A DNA stretch of 64,000 nt from Caldisericia bacterium (lineage in GTDB: Bacteria > Caldisericota > Caldisericia > B22-G15). The position numbers and the translations under genes were made by a program. Shown here piece by piece: positions 9,122-20,957 of the stretch (position 1 is its first letter; the number at the start of each line of letters is the position of its first letter). The notes beneath the pieces are model-generated. The model was not told where the DNA came from and did not search any database. It saw nothing but the letters and a program-made list of their open reading frames with translations. The stretch lies in contig JAOAHY010000003.1 in assembly GCA_026414995.1 (NCBI GenBank), positions 47,615-111,614 on the forward strand, written 5' to 3'.

Positions 9122-10122
9122 CTTTTTAATTTAAATAATTTTTCAAGATATTCACTTTTTATAAAATTTTTTGAAATCAAAAATTTTTCTTCATCTGTTA
9201 ATTTTACATCTTCATGAGACATGTCTCTAAAAATTGGTATTCCTCTTCCGTATCTTTCAGTAATAAACATTAGGAATGAAGCAATTTCTTTATATTTATA
9301 ACTCCAAATGTTTGGAACCTCAAAAGAAATTGGAGAAGGATCTTTTGATAATCTTAAAAATGTTGTTGAAAAACCCTCTTTTCTTGAAGGTTTTTCAATA
9401 TGTAACATCTCTCCCTCATTTAGATTTCCAATTAAAAGTTCTTTATCATGAACTTTTGTTGAATTAGGAGTATCTTCAAAAATACCCGATATAATAATAC
9501 TTCCAATATCTTCAACTATTCCACATAATAAAATTCCATTTTCATTACAAATTTTGATTAATCTTCCAAATTCTTCCGGACACTCTCCTTTAAAATGAGT
9601 CAGAGATCCATCCATAAAAACAATATCTCCATTTTTTAGATACTGTATTGATTCTTTAGTTACTTCAATTTCAAGTTTTGCCATTAAAACATATCTTAGA
9701 GACTCTTCAACATAATTTATATTTGATAAGTTTAAGAATATATCATCTTTTTTATTTTGTTTATGATTAGTGAGCTTTTCTAACTTTTCTTTAAAGAGAT
9801 TATAATCTTCTTCAATTAAAGGAGAAAAAAGGTCATACATAAATATTTTTATTTCAAGATTTGGTGAATAAGAAAGAGATCTAAATATGTAGTAATAGTG
9901 TGGAAAGGTGTTTCCAATTTTAGACATAGAGCCATCAACAAAAAAAGTATTAAATTTAAAATCTAATCCAAAAGATTCTATTTTTTCTTTATTTTTTAAA
10001 ATATAATCTATAAAAATTTTGTTTTTTTCATCATTAAATAGATTTTCAATTTCAAAGTTCAGTTTTTTAAACTTTTCTTTAAAATCATCAATATTCTTTA
10101 TATACTCTTTCTTTTGCTTCAT
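9109..10122 (-). CDS. nurA: NurA-like 5'-3' nuclease
   Basis: The order of acidic motifs FFVDGS ... MAKLEIE ... VFMDGSL ... RDMSHED fits the NurA catalytic layout. Its operon position next to HerA supports the call. Confidence 0.55.
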   Translation of the reverse strand: MKQKKEYIKNIDDFKEKFKKLNFEIENLFNDEKNKIFIDYILKNKEKIESFGLDFKFNTFFVDGSMSKIGNTFPHYYYIFRSLSYSPNLEIKIFMYDLFSPLIEEDYNLFKEKLEKLTNHKQNKKDDIFLNLSNINYVEESLRYVLMAKLEIEVTKESIQYLKNGDIVFMDGSLTHFKGECPEEFGRLIKICNENGILLCGIVEDIGSIIISGIFEDTPNSTKVHDKELLIGNLNEGEMLHIEKPSRKEGFSTTFLRLSKDPSPISFEVPNIWSYKYKEIASFLMFITERYGRGIPIFRDMSHEDVKLTDEEKFLISKNFIKSEYLEKLFKLKRWLR

Positions 10123-11050
10123 AATACCTTTTTTTAACTTCTTCTTTTACTTCATTTTCAATATTTTCATTTTTTAATATCTCTTCTAAAATTTTTTCAG
10201 GATCAAGTAAGTTTCCAAAATTTTCATCTTTTAATGCTTTAAAATACTCAAGAAAAGAGATATCAGAATTAATTATTGAATCAATTTTTATTTCAATTTC
10301 CTCTCTTTTTTTAACATTTTTTAGTTTTATTAATTCAACTTCTACTTTTCCATTATCAATTTTTAATAAAGCAACTTGTGGAATTCTATCGAATTGTGTT
10401 TTTGAATCTCTTGCAACACTCCCAGGTGAGATAAATATTTTTCCATTTATCTCTCTTATTCCATATCCATCATGATAATGACCTACAAGAAAAATATCTC
10501 CTTCGCTTTCCCTTGAAACTTCTTCAAGAGAAAGATAAGGAAAATTTGCTTTAAATGGGAGTAAATATGCATGAACAATTATGATTAAGATTTTATTTTT
10601 GTCTTTCTTTTTAATTCTATGAAATTCAATATTAGAATCAACTCCATCTTTATAGTTAATTCCTCTTATTTCAATATCAGTATCAAAAGGAGGGAAAGTT
10701 TCTTCATCATTTAAAATTTTTAAAACTTTAGCTTCTTCAAGCATTTTAACTGCCTTTTTTTTGTATGTTTCAGGATTTCTTCCTTCAATATCATGATTAC
10801 CAACTATGCCAATAATTGGTTTTGAATTAAATTTCTTTAAGGTTTGTGTTAAAAGTATTGTTACTTCATAACTAGGAGATGGTCTTGTAAAAAAATCTCC
10901 ACCAAATAAAACATAATCAACATTTTCATTATTTGCAATTTGAGATATCTCTTCTATTTTTGTTAAAATTGATTTAAGATAATCATCTTTTCTTGATGAA
11001 ATAGGTTCTTCTTGAAGATGTGTATCTGTAAAGAAAAGTATTTTTTTCAT
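10088..11050 (-). CDS. mre11: Mre11/SbcD-family metallophosphoesterase nuclease
   Basis: All phosphoesterase motifs are present: FFTDTHL, GGDFF, VGNHD, IVHAY, VGHYHDG. Confidence 0.75.
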   Translation of the reverse strand: MKKILFFTDTHLQEEPISSRKDDYLKSILTKIEEISQIANNENVDYVLFGGDFFTRPSPSYEVTILLTQTLKKFNSKPIIGIVGNHDIEGRNPETYKKKAVKMLEEAKVLKILNDEETFPPFDTDIEIRGINYKDGVDSNIEFHRIKKKDKNKILIIIVHAYLLPFKANFPYLSLEEVSRESEGDIFLVGHYHDGYGIREINGKIFISPGSVARDSKTQFDRIPQVALLKIDNGKVEVELIKLKNVKKREEIEIKIDSIINSDISFLEYFKALKDENFGNLLDPEKILEEILKNENIENEVKEEVKKRYYEAKERVYKEY

Positions 11051-11108
11051 AATTTAATTATAACTAATAATTTTTTGGAAATAAGATAAAATAAATTTGG
11101 AGGAATAT

Positions 11109-12683
11109 ATGAAAGTTGTGGATACAGAACAAATTAAAGAATTAGATAGAAGAGCAGTTGAAGAGTTTAAAATAAATCCAGAAATTTTAATGGAAAATGC
11201 TTCTTTAAGTGCTGTATATTTAATTTTGAAAAAAATAAATAATATTAAAAATAGACACTTTTTAATTTTTTGTGGAACTGGAAACAATGGAGGAGATGGT
11301 TTCGCAATAGGAAGAAAAATTCATTCACTTGGAGGAGATATAAAATTTATTTTACTTGGAGACGAAAATAAATTAACACAAGATGCAAAAGTAAATTTTG
11401 AGAGAGTTAAAAAAATTGGTATTACTATTTTAAATAATCCAGACATTAAAATTATAAAGTATGAGTTGGAAAATTGTGAAATAGTAATCGATGCAATATT
11501 TGGAACAGGATTAAAAAGAGAAATTGAAGGATATATAAAAGAGGTTATAGAATTAATAAATAATTCAAAAAAATTTATTTTAAGTGTTGATATTCCTTCA
11601 GGAATAAATGGAGATAATGGAATAGAAATGGGTATTTCTGTCAATGCTGATGTTGTAGTAACATTTGGTCTTCCAAAAATAGGAAATTTAATTGAAGATG
11701 GCTCTGAGAAGACAAAAGAACTTTATCTTTCATATATTTCATATCCTCAAGTTTTATATGAAGATGTAAACTCATCAGTTTTTATTAATGAACCAATTGA
11801 AATAAAGAATAGAAAAAAGAATACATATAAAAAAGATTATGGTGATACATTATTTATTTCTGGTTCTAAAAAATATTTTGGAGCACCCTACTTTTCTTCA
11901 TACTCATTTTTAAAAAGTGGAGGAGGATACTCTAGACTTGCATCAGTTAAAGAAGTTATAAAATCTGTGAGCATTAATGCAAAAGAAATTGTTTTTTACT
12001 CTTTAAAAGAGAATGAGGATGGTACAATTTCAAAAGAGAATGAGGAATTTTTACTCAATCTATCAAAAGAAGTGAAATTTATTGTTATTGGACCAGGAGT
12101 TGGATTAAATGAAGATTTGGAAGAGTTAATTAAAAATCTAACTATAAAAATTGAAAGACCTCTTTTAATTGATGGAGATGGATTAACTTTAATTTCAAAA
12201 AATAAAGAGGTTTTAAAACAAAGAAAATTTCCAACAATATTAACTCCCCACTTGGGTGAATTTTCAAGGTTAACTCAAATTCCAAAAGAAACTTTAAGGA
12301 AAGAAAAAATTAGAATTTTAAAAGAATTTTCTAAAGAATATAATTCTTATGTTATTTTAAAAGGGTTTCACTCTTTAATTGCAACACCAGATGAAAGAGT
12401 TTTTATAAATTTGTCAGGAAATCCATGCATGGCAACTGCTGGAATGGGAGATGTTCTTGATGGAATAATTCCTGCAATGTATGGTATTGGATTTAATATT
12501 GAAGAAAGTATAAGGATGGGTGTTTTTGTTCATGGTTTTTGTGGTGACTTATTAAAAGAGAAATTTGGAGAAAATGGGGTTGTTGCAAATCAAATGATTG
12601 ATTATTTACCTCTTGCATTAAAAGAGATAAAAGAAAATTTTGAGAGTGTTAAGAAAAAATATTCAATTGAGGTTATTTTATGA
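11109..12683 (+). CDS. nnr: Bifunctional NAD(P)H-hydrate repair enzyme (epimerase + ADP-dependent dehydratase, YjeF family)
   Basis: N-terminal YjeF_N pattern (CGTGNNGGDGF) and a C-terminal carbohydrate-kinase-like domain (GMGDVLDG). I prefer the ATG at 11109 with GGAGG 5 nt upstream over the listed TTG at 11097. Confidence 0.8.
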   Translation: MKVVDTEQIKELDRRAVEEFKINPEILMENASLSAVYLILKKINNIKNRHFLIFCGTGNNGGDGFAIGRKIHSLGGDIKFILLGDENKLTQDAKVNFERVKKIGITILNNPDIKIIKYELENCEIVIDAIFGTGLKREIEGYIKEVIELINNSKKFILSVDIPSGINGDNGIEMGISVNADVVVTFGLPKIGNLIEDGSEKTKELYLSYISYPQVLYEDVNSSVFINEPIEIKNRKKNTYKKDYGDTLFISGSKKYFGAPYFSSYSFLKSGGGYSRLASVKEVIKSVSINAKEIVFYSLKENEDGTISKENEEFLLNLSKEVKFIVIGPGVGLNEDLEELIKNLTIKIERPLLIDGDGLTLISKNKEVLKQRKFPTILTPHLGEFSRLTQIPKETLRKEKIRILKEFSKEYNSYVILKGFHSLIATPDERVFINLSGNPCMATAGMGDVLDGIIPAMYGIGFNIEESIRMGVFVHGFCGDLLKEKFGENGVVANQMIDYLPLALKEIKENFESVKKKYSIEVIL

Positions 12684-13618
12684 ATTATTCTATTTTACCT
12701 CAAGAATTAAATTTTGACCCTAAATTTGAAATATCAAGAATCTCTAATTTTATTAATTCTTTTTTAAATAAATTAAATAAAAATAAAGTAGTTATAGGTC
12801 TATCTGGAGGAATAGATTCAGCAATCGTACTTAAACTTTTAACTCTATCTATTCCAAAAGAAAATATCTTTGCATTAATACTTCCTGAAAGAGATACAGA
12901 TAAAAAAAATTTAATTGATGCAATAAATTTTGCAAAAGATCTAGGAATAAATTATAAAATAATAAACATTTCTAAAGTGTTATCAAAATTTGGTATCTAT
13001 TTATCTGTGCCATATTTTATTCTCCCAACTAGAAAATTAAGAGAAAGTTATACTAGAAAATTATATGATAAATATAGAGAATTTTATGGAAAATCTCCGT
13101 TTTATCTTCAATATGATATTAATGAAGAATTATTGAAAAATAAGTGGTTTTTTAAAGGACTTGCTTATTTGAGAATAAAACATAGAATTAGAATGGTTAC
13201 ACTTTATTACAATGCAGATCTTATTAATGGAGTTGTGGTAGGAACTACTAATAAAACAGAGTATCTTCTTGGGTTTTTTGTAAAATATGGAGATTACGCA
13301 TCAGATTTTGAGCCAATTATTCATCTTTATAAATCACAGATTTTTAAATTGGGAGAGTTTATAAGTTTACCAAATGTTTTTTTAAATAAAAAACCTTCAC
13401 CAGATTTACTTCCTGGTATCGAAGATGAATTTTCTATGGGTTTAAATTATTTAGAAATAGATAGAGTACTTGTTAGATTTTTAAATAATTTACCTATTGA
13501 AAAAATAAGTGAAGAATTGAATATATCAATTGATTTGATTAAAAATTTATATGATGCTTATATAAAATCAGAGTTTTTAAGAAATCCTCCACCCAATGTT
13601 TTGAATTTTAGTTTATAG
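12680..13618 (+). CDS. nadE: NH3-dependent NAD+ synthetase
   Basis: PP-loop GLSGGIDSA. ATGA start/stop overlap with nnr. Confidence 0.75.
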   Translation: MNYSILPQELNFDPKFEISRISNFINSFLNKLNKNKVVIGLSGGIDSAIVLKLLTLSIPKENIFALILPERDTDKKNLIDAINFAKDLGINYKIINISKVLSKFGIYLSVPYFILPTRKLRESYTRKLYDKYREFYGKSPFYLQYDINEELLKNKWFFKGLAYLRIKHRIRMVTLYYNADLINGVVVGTTNKTEYLLGFFVKYGDYASDFEPIIHLYKSQIFKLGEFISLPNVFLNKKPSPDLLPGIEDEFSMGLNYLEIDRVLVRFLNNLPIEKISEELNISIDLIKNLYDAYIKSEFLRNPPPNVLNFSL

Positions 13619-14078
13619 AGAGAACAACCCCTTTTAAAGCCCAAAGATCTGATTCAATAACAAGTTCATAACCAATTTTAAAAACATCTGTTCCATACTT
13701 TAAACTAGTGGATCTAAATGAAAATTTAATTATAATGTCTTTTAAAACAGGTTGTTCTGCAATAACAACTCTTCCATCAGAAGTTTCAACCCATTTTTTA
13801 GATGGTTCAATTTGTGGATCTTCTAAAATCTTTCCAAAAACTCTTCCACTTTTATCAACAATTCTATCTCCTTTTTTAACAGAATTTGCCATTTCAGGTG
13901 GAACTTCAAGAAGTTTTACAGTTATAATGTAATCTTTATAGGAAACTTGTTTTTTAACAAATAATGGTCTTATAAAATAAAACAAAACAATTATAATCAA
14001 TAAAAAAACAACAATATCAAACAAATTGAAGAGTCCAAAAAGTTTAAAATTTTTTAATCCTCTATGTTCTCTTTCCAT
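13608..14078 (-). CDS. Small membrane-anchored protein (DUF4330-like), function unknown
   Basis: One N-terminal TM helix followed by a beta-rich domain. It overlaps the murA stop by 25 nt and overlaps the nadE 3' end antisense by 11 nt. Confidence 0.4.
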   Translation of the reverse strand: MEREHRGLKNFKLFGLFNLFDIVVFLLIIIVLFYFIRPLFVKKQVSYKDYIITVKLLEVPPEMANSVKKGDRIVDKSGRVFGKILEDPQIEPSKKWVETSDGRVVIAEQPVLKDIIIKFSFRSTSLKYGTDVFKIGYELVIESDLWALKGVVLSIN

Positions 14079-15316
14079 ATATCTCCTCCTATTGCTCTTA
14101 ATTTTTCATCAAACTTGAAATATCCTCTTTCTATATGATATATCTTTTTTACTGTTGTTTCATTTTCTGCAAAAAGACCCGCGATAACAAGTGCTGCACC
14201 TGCTCTTAAATCTGGTGCAACAACATCTGTTCCATAAAGTTTATTTACTCCTTCAACAAACAGAGTATTTCCTTCAACTTTTATTTTAGCACCCATTTTT
14301 CTTAATTCAGGTACCACATTAAATCTATTTTCAAAAACAGTTTCAGTAATGAGACTTACACCTTCTGAAACAGATGCAAGGGTTACCATTTGTGATTGTA
14401 GATCTGTTGGAAAACCAGGAAAAGGCATTGTTCTTATTTCAAAACTTTTTGTTCTTTTTTTAGATATAACTCTTAATTTTTTACCATTTTCAATTCTTAA
14501 ATCAACCCCTATTTCTCTCAATTTGAATATAAGAGGTACAAGATGATCAAAAATTACAGGCTTAAGTGTAACATCACCACCATTCACTGCTACAGCAATT
14601 ATAAAAGTTCCTGCTTCAACTCTATCAGGATAAAGAGAGTGATTTGTACCATGTAATTTTTTCTGACCTTCAATTCTGATACACCTTGAACCTGCTCCTT
14701 CAATTTTTGCACCCATTGAATTTAAAAATTCTGCAAGTTCTACAATTTCTGGCTCTTGAGCCGCATTTTCGATTATAGTCTCTCCAGGAGAAACAGAGGC
14801 AAGAAGCATAATATTTTCTGTTGCACCAACAGAAGGATAGTCTAAATAAATTTTTTCTCCCTTAAGTTTCTTTACACTCCCTTCTATTATTGAGCCAATA
14901 GCATTAACTTCAGCACCTAGAAGAGAAAACCCTTTTAAATGAAGATCAATTGGTCTTGACCCAATATGACATCCTCCTGGAAATGGAAGTTTAACTTTTC
15001 CAACTCTTCCAAGAAGAGCACCAACTAGGGTTAAACTACCTCTTAATTTACTAGCGTTTTCATTTGTTATTTCATAATTTAAATTTGTTGCTTCAATATA
15101 AATTGTATCTTCATCAATAAATTTAGCTTTTACTCCTATTGACTTAACAACATCTAACAAAGTTACTATATCAAGTAATTTTGGAACATTTTTAATAATT
15201 ACTGGTTCATCTGTTAAAAGAGAAGCAGCAATAAGAGGTAAACAACCATTTTTTGAACCTTGAACATTCACTTCACCTTTAAGTTTTTTTCCACCTATTA
15301 TTTTATACACTTCCAT
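14054..15316 (-). CDS. murA: UDP-N-acetylglucosamine 1-carboxyvinyltransferase
   Basis: Full-length EPSP-synthase-fold sequence with the active-site loop PGGCHIGSRPIDLH (Cys retained). Confidence 0.9.
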   Translation of the reverse strand: MEVYKIIGGKKLKGEVNVQGSKNGCLPLIAASLLTDEPVIIKNVPKLLDIVTLLDVVKSIGVKAKFIDEDTIYIEATNLNYEITNENASKLRGSLTLVGALLGRVGKVKLPFPGGCHIGSRPIDLHLKGFSLLGAEVNAIGSIIEGSVKKLKGEKIYLDYPSVGATENIMLLASVSPGETIIENAAQEPEIVELAEFLNSMGAKIEGAGSRCIRIEGQKKLHGTNHSLYPDRVEAGTFIIAVAVNGGDVTLKPVIFDHLVPLIFKLREIGVDLRIENGKKLRVISKKRTKSFEIRTMPFPGFPTDLQSQMVTLASVSEGVSLITETVFENRFNVVPELRKMGAKIKVEGNTLFVEGVNKLYGTDVVAPDLRAGAALVIAGLFAENETTVKKIYHIERGYFKFDEKLRAIGGDIWKENIED

Positions 15317-16399
15317 AAAGTTTCTCCTTTAAAATTAGTTTTATTCTCTCAGACGCTTTTCCATCTCCAAAAGGATTAAAGTCAATTTTTGGTTTAAATC
15401 CCTCTCTTAATAACTCTTCAACACCTTCAATAATTCTTTTTTCATCTGTTCCCACTAGTTTTACAAAACCAAATCTTATGGCCTCTTCTCTTTCAGTTTC
15501 ATTTCTAAGTAGAAGTAGAGGTTTTTTAAGAGTTGGAATTTCTTCTTGAATTCCGCCAGAATCAGATAATACAAGGAAAGATTTTTTCAATAAATGTATA
15601 AAATCAATATAATTTAATGGTTCAATAAATAAAACATTTTTTATGCCTTTTAAAATTTTAAATTTTTCTCTAACTATTGGGTTTTTGTGAACAGGTATTA
15701 CAAAAAATAGTTCATTGTATTTTTGAGAAAGAGTTTTTATTGCATTTGCAATTTTTGGGATACCACTATCCCAATTTTCTCTTCTATGTGCTGTGACTAC
15801 AACAATTTTTTTATCTTTAGGCAAAGGAATATCAAAAATTGGATCAAGATTTAAAATTTTTAAAAGTGCATCAACAATTGTATTACCAGTTACAAAAATA
15901 TTTTCTTCATTTACTCCTTCACTCAAAAGATTTTTTTTAGCATCCTCAGTAGGTGCAAAGTGAAATTTCGCAAGTTTTCCTATTAAAGTTCTATTCATCT
16001 CTTCGGGAAAAGGGTAATAGATATTTTTTGTTCTTAAACCAGCTTCCACATGAGCAATTGGTATTTTATTGTAAAAAGAGACAAGGGAAGCGACAAAAGC
16101 AGTCGTTGTATCTCCTTGAACAATTGTTAAATCAAATGATTCATTTTTAACAATTAAAGATAACTTTTCAAGAATTTTTTCTGTTATATGTTCTAATGTC
16201 TGTTTTTCAACCATAATCTTTAACGAGTAATCAACTTCTATTTTAAAGATATCAAGTAGTTCATCAACCATTTCTTTATGTTGTCCTGTATTAACAATTT
16301 TTAATTCAAAATTATTGTCTTTCTTAAGTTCATAAATCAAAGGATATAATTTTATTACCTCAGGACGAGTTCCAAAAACAATAAGTGTTTTAATTTTTT

Positions 16400-16403
<4 letters not shown>
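15303..16403 (-). CDS. wecB: UDP-N-acetylglucosamine 2-epimerase (non-hydrolysing)
   Basis: Typical N-terminus (VFGTRPEVIKL), HVEAGLRT and DSGGIQEE motifs. Confidence 0.85.
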
Positions 16404-18000
<1,597 letters not shown>

Positions 18001-18025
18001 CTATCCTCCTTTCGGTAAAATTATA

Positions 18026-18844
18026 TCACATCTTTTCAAGAACAACTCCTATTATATTTTCTGATTCTGTTTTTAGGATCTCTTTAATTTTTAGAAAATT
18101 CAAAAATTTCTTGGCATAATCAAGTTCTTCTTTTTCCATTTCTACTATAAGAAGACCTTTTTCATCTAAAAATTTATAAGATTCCTCAAAAAGAATTTTT
18201 ATATATTTAATTCCATCTTCACCGCCAATAAGAGATAATTTTGGTTCCATTTTTACATCAATTGGTAAATTTTCATATTCCTCTTCCTTTATATAAGGAG
18301 GGTTTGAGATTATAAGATCATATTTTTCATTAACATTTGAAAACATATCACTTTTTATAATCTTTCCATTTAGTTTATATTTTTCCAAATTTATCTTTAT
18401 ATTTTCTAATGCTTTTTCATCTATATCAACAAATGTACAACTTTCAGTAAAATTATAAAAAAGAAGCGAAACTCCAATTGCACCAGTACCAGAACATATA
18501 TCAAGTGTTTTATTAACTTTTTCATATTTTTTTAAAATTTGATAGATAATCTCTTCTGTCTCAAATCTTGGAATAAAAACTCCCTCTAAAACCTCAATTT
18601 CTAAATCAAGAAATATTTTTTTGTTAGTTATATAAGATAATGGTACCCCTTTTTTTCTTAGGTAAAATTTTTTAAATATTTCTTTGAAATTTTTTCTATC
18701 TATTTCTTTATTTAAATTTAAATAAAACTCCTCTTTTTTTAAATAAAGTGAATTTCTTATTATTAACTCTACCTCAATATCACTATTTAATAATCTTCTT
18801 CCAAACTTAAAAAGGGTTTTTATGTCATATTTCAAGTGATTCAA
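18026..18844 (-). CDS. prmC: Release-factor glutamine N5-methyltransferase
   Basis: SAM motif [10 protein letters not shown] and the NPPYI catalytic motif. It lies immediately downstream of prfA and overlaps it. Confidence 0.85.
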   Translation of the reverse strand: MNHLKYDIKTLFKFGRRLLNSDIEVELIIRNSLYLKKEEFYLNLNKEIDRKNFKEIFKKFYLRKKGVPLSYITNKKIFLDLEIEVLEGVFIPRFETEEIIYQILKKYEKVNKTLDICSGTGAIGVSLLFYNFTESCTFVDIDEKALENIKINLEKYKLNGKIIKSDMFSNVNEKYDLIISNPPYIKEEEYENLPIDVKMEPKLSLIGGEDGIKYIKILFEESYKFLDEKGLLIVEMEKEELDYAKKFLNFLKIKEILKTESENIIGVVLEKM

Positions 18845-19892
18845 TTTTTCTTTTCTTATCTTCCTCCTTCAAAGCGTTTATTATATCGTCAATGTTTCCT
18901 TCCATTATCTCTGGAAGATTATATAAAGATAAACCAATTCTATGATCTGTAACTCTATTTTGAGGATAGTTATATGTTCTTATTTTTTCACTTCTTTCTC
19001 CCCATCCAATTTGTCTTTTTCTCTCTTCTCCAACCTCTTCTAATTTTTTTCTTTGATAAAAATCAAAAAGCCTTGCTCTTAAAACTCTAAGAGCTTTTTC
19101 CTTATTTTTAAGTTGAGATCTTTCGTCTTGGCATGTAACGACAAATCCAGTTGGTATATGTGTAATTCTCACTGCAGATTCTGTTTTTTGAACACATTGA
19201 CCTCCATGACCACTTGCTCTAAATACATCAATTTTGAGATCTTCTGGATTAATTTCAATTTCAACTTCTTCAGTTTCTGAAAGAACTGCAACTGTAACAG
19301 TAGATGTATGTATTCTTCCAGAGGATTCTGTTATTGGAACTCTTTGTACTCTATGTACTCCACTTTCAAATTTCAAATCACCATAAGCGCCTTTTCCTCT
19401 AATTGAAAAAATTATTTCTTTATATCCACCTAAATCTGTTGGATGTGAATCAATAATTTCAACTTTCCATCCTCTTTTTTCTGCATAATATGAGTACATT
19501 CTGAATAAATCTGCAGCAAAAAGTGCTGCTTCTTCACCACCTGCAGCTGCTCTAATCTCCATAATTGCATCTTTTTCATCTCTCTCATCTTTAGGAATTA
19601 AAGATAAAACTATCCTGTTTAAAAGTTCTTCCTCTTTCTTTTTAAGTTCTTCTAATTCTTCTTCAGCAAGATCTTTTAGTTCTTCATTTTCAAGAAGTTT
19701 TTTTGTTTCTTCAATGTTTTTTCTAATTTCTTTTAATTCTCTATAAAGATTAACACTCTCTTCTATTTCACTTTTTTCTTTTAGATATTTATTAAGAAGT
19801 TCGCTATTTTTATAAATGTTCTCATCTAATAGAGCATTTTCAATATCTTCATACTTTTTTTCAAGTTCTTCTAATTTTTTTTCTATCTTCAT
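18825..19892 (-). CDS. prfA: Peptide chain release factor 1
   Basis: GGQ motif ([23 protein letters not shown]) and the RF1-type PxT tripeptide ([17 protein letters not shown]). Confidence 0.92.
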   Translation of the reverse strand: MKIEKKLEELEKKYEDIENALLDENIYKNSELLNKYLKEKSEIEESVNLYRELKEIRKNIEETKKLLENEELKDLAEEELEELKKKEEELLNRIVLSLIPKDERDEKDAIMEIRAAAGGEEAALFAADLFRMYSYYAEKRGWKVEIIDSHPTDLGGYKEIIFSIRGKGAYGDLKFESGVHRVQRVPITESSGRIHTSTVTVAVLSETEEVEIEINPEDLKIDVFRASGHGGQCVQKTESAVRITHIPTGFVVTCQDERSQLKNKEKALRVLRARLFDFYQRKKLEEVGEERKRQIGWGERSEKIRTYNYPQNRVTDHRIGLSLYNLPEIMEGNIDDIINALKEEDKKRKIESLEI

Positions 19893-20365
19893 ATCTTTTC
19901 AAACCTCAAAATTAAATATATTGAATTATCTTTTATTCCTTTTCCTAATTCATCACCTGAAATTTCTTTTACTTTGAATCCATTAAACTCAAGAAATTCA
20001 AAAACTCCTTTAGGAGTAAATGCTTTCTCTTTTAGCTCTTGAACCTCATTAAATTTTAAATCAAAAATATTAATTTTTACTTCTTGATTAATAGGATCTA
20101 ATTCATATTTATAAATTTTATCTTCAAAGATATCAAAATCCCTTTTTATGAAATAAAATAAATTTAAAGTTTCAGTAAAAATTTCGCCCTTAAGGTAATT
20201 TTTAATTATTTCTAAATAATTATGTTCAAAAGGAAATGGAAGTATAAGAAAATTTCCTTTTAATTTTTCTTTTATTTCTTTCAAAGATGTTTTTTCAAAA
20301 AAAATAAAATTATATATTTTTTTATATCCCTCCCAAAAGGATATTCTTTCTTTTAAATTAAACAT
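19889..20365 (-). CDS. Hypothetical 158-aa protein inserted between tdk and prfA
   Basis: Tightly packed in the operon (2-nt gap to tdk, 4-nt overlap with prfA). I recognise no motif. Confidence 0.4.
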   Translation of the reverse strand: MFNLKERISFWEGYKKIYNFIFFEKTSLKEIKEKLKGNFLILPFPFEHNYLEIIKNYLKGEIFTETLNLFYFIKRDFDIFEDKIYKYELDPINQEVKINIFDLKFNEVQELKEKAFTPKGVFEFLEFNGFKVKEISGDELGKGIKDNSIYLILRFEKI

Positions 20366-20366
20366 T

Positions 20367-20957
20367 TTATCTATGGTGAATATCAGGTTTATCTGGTACT
20401 ATATGATGAATTCTACATCTTGGTTCATATTTTTCAGATGCTCCAACCATAATAATTGGATCAAAATATGATGCTGGTTTTCCATTTAAAATTCTTTGAG
20501 TTCTTGTTGCTTCTTCACCACATACAACACAGATTGCAGTAAGTTTATCAACCTTTTCTGCTCTTGCTAAAATCGCTGGCATTGGTCCAAATGGTTCACC
20601 TCTAAAATCAGTATCTAATCCTGCAACAATAACTCTTAAACCCTTATCTGCTAAAAATTCAATAACATAAATTATTTTGTCATTAAAAAATTGAGCCTCA
20701 TCAATTGCAACAACTTGAGTTGTATCTTCAATTTTTAAAATTATCTCCTCTGGGTGGTCTATGCTTATTGCTTCAACTTTTGCACCCGAGTGAGAAACTA
20801 TACTTTTTTCATCATATCTTGTATCTAAAGTAGATTTAAATACCTGAACATTCTGTTTCGCTATTCTTGCTCTTTTTATTCTTCTTATTAACTCTTCGCT
20901 TTTACCGGAAAACATACATCCAGTAATAACTTCTATTATTCCTTTTTTCATACCCAA
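20367..20957 (-). CDS. tdk: Thymidine kinase
   Basis: P-loop [11 protein letters not shown] and a C-terminal zinc ribbon (CVVCGEEA ... CRIHH). Confidence 0.9.
   Translation of the reverse strand: MGMKKGIIEVITGCMFSGKSEELIRRIKRARIAKQNVQVFKSTLDTRYDEKSIVSHSGAKVEAISIDHPEEIILKIEDTTQVVAIDEAQFFNDKIIYVIEFLADKGLRVIVAGLDTDFRGEPFGPMPAILARAEKVDKLTAICVVCGEEATRTQRILNGKPASYFDPIIMVGASEKYEPRCRIHHIVPDKPDIHHR

Noticed and set aside
11054-11287. 77-aa minus-strand ORF overlapping the start of nnr
   Set aside because: It overlaps the conserved YjeF_N coding region, its sequence is low-complexity, and it has no SD. The 58-nt spacer to mre11 is better explained as a divergent promoter region.
18825-19892. RF1 tripeptide reads PIT instead of the common PAT/PVT
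   Set aside because: The motif is PxT with a variable middle residue, and the GGQ and flanking residues are canonical. This is not evidence for altered stop-codon recognition.
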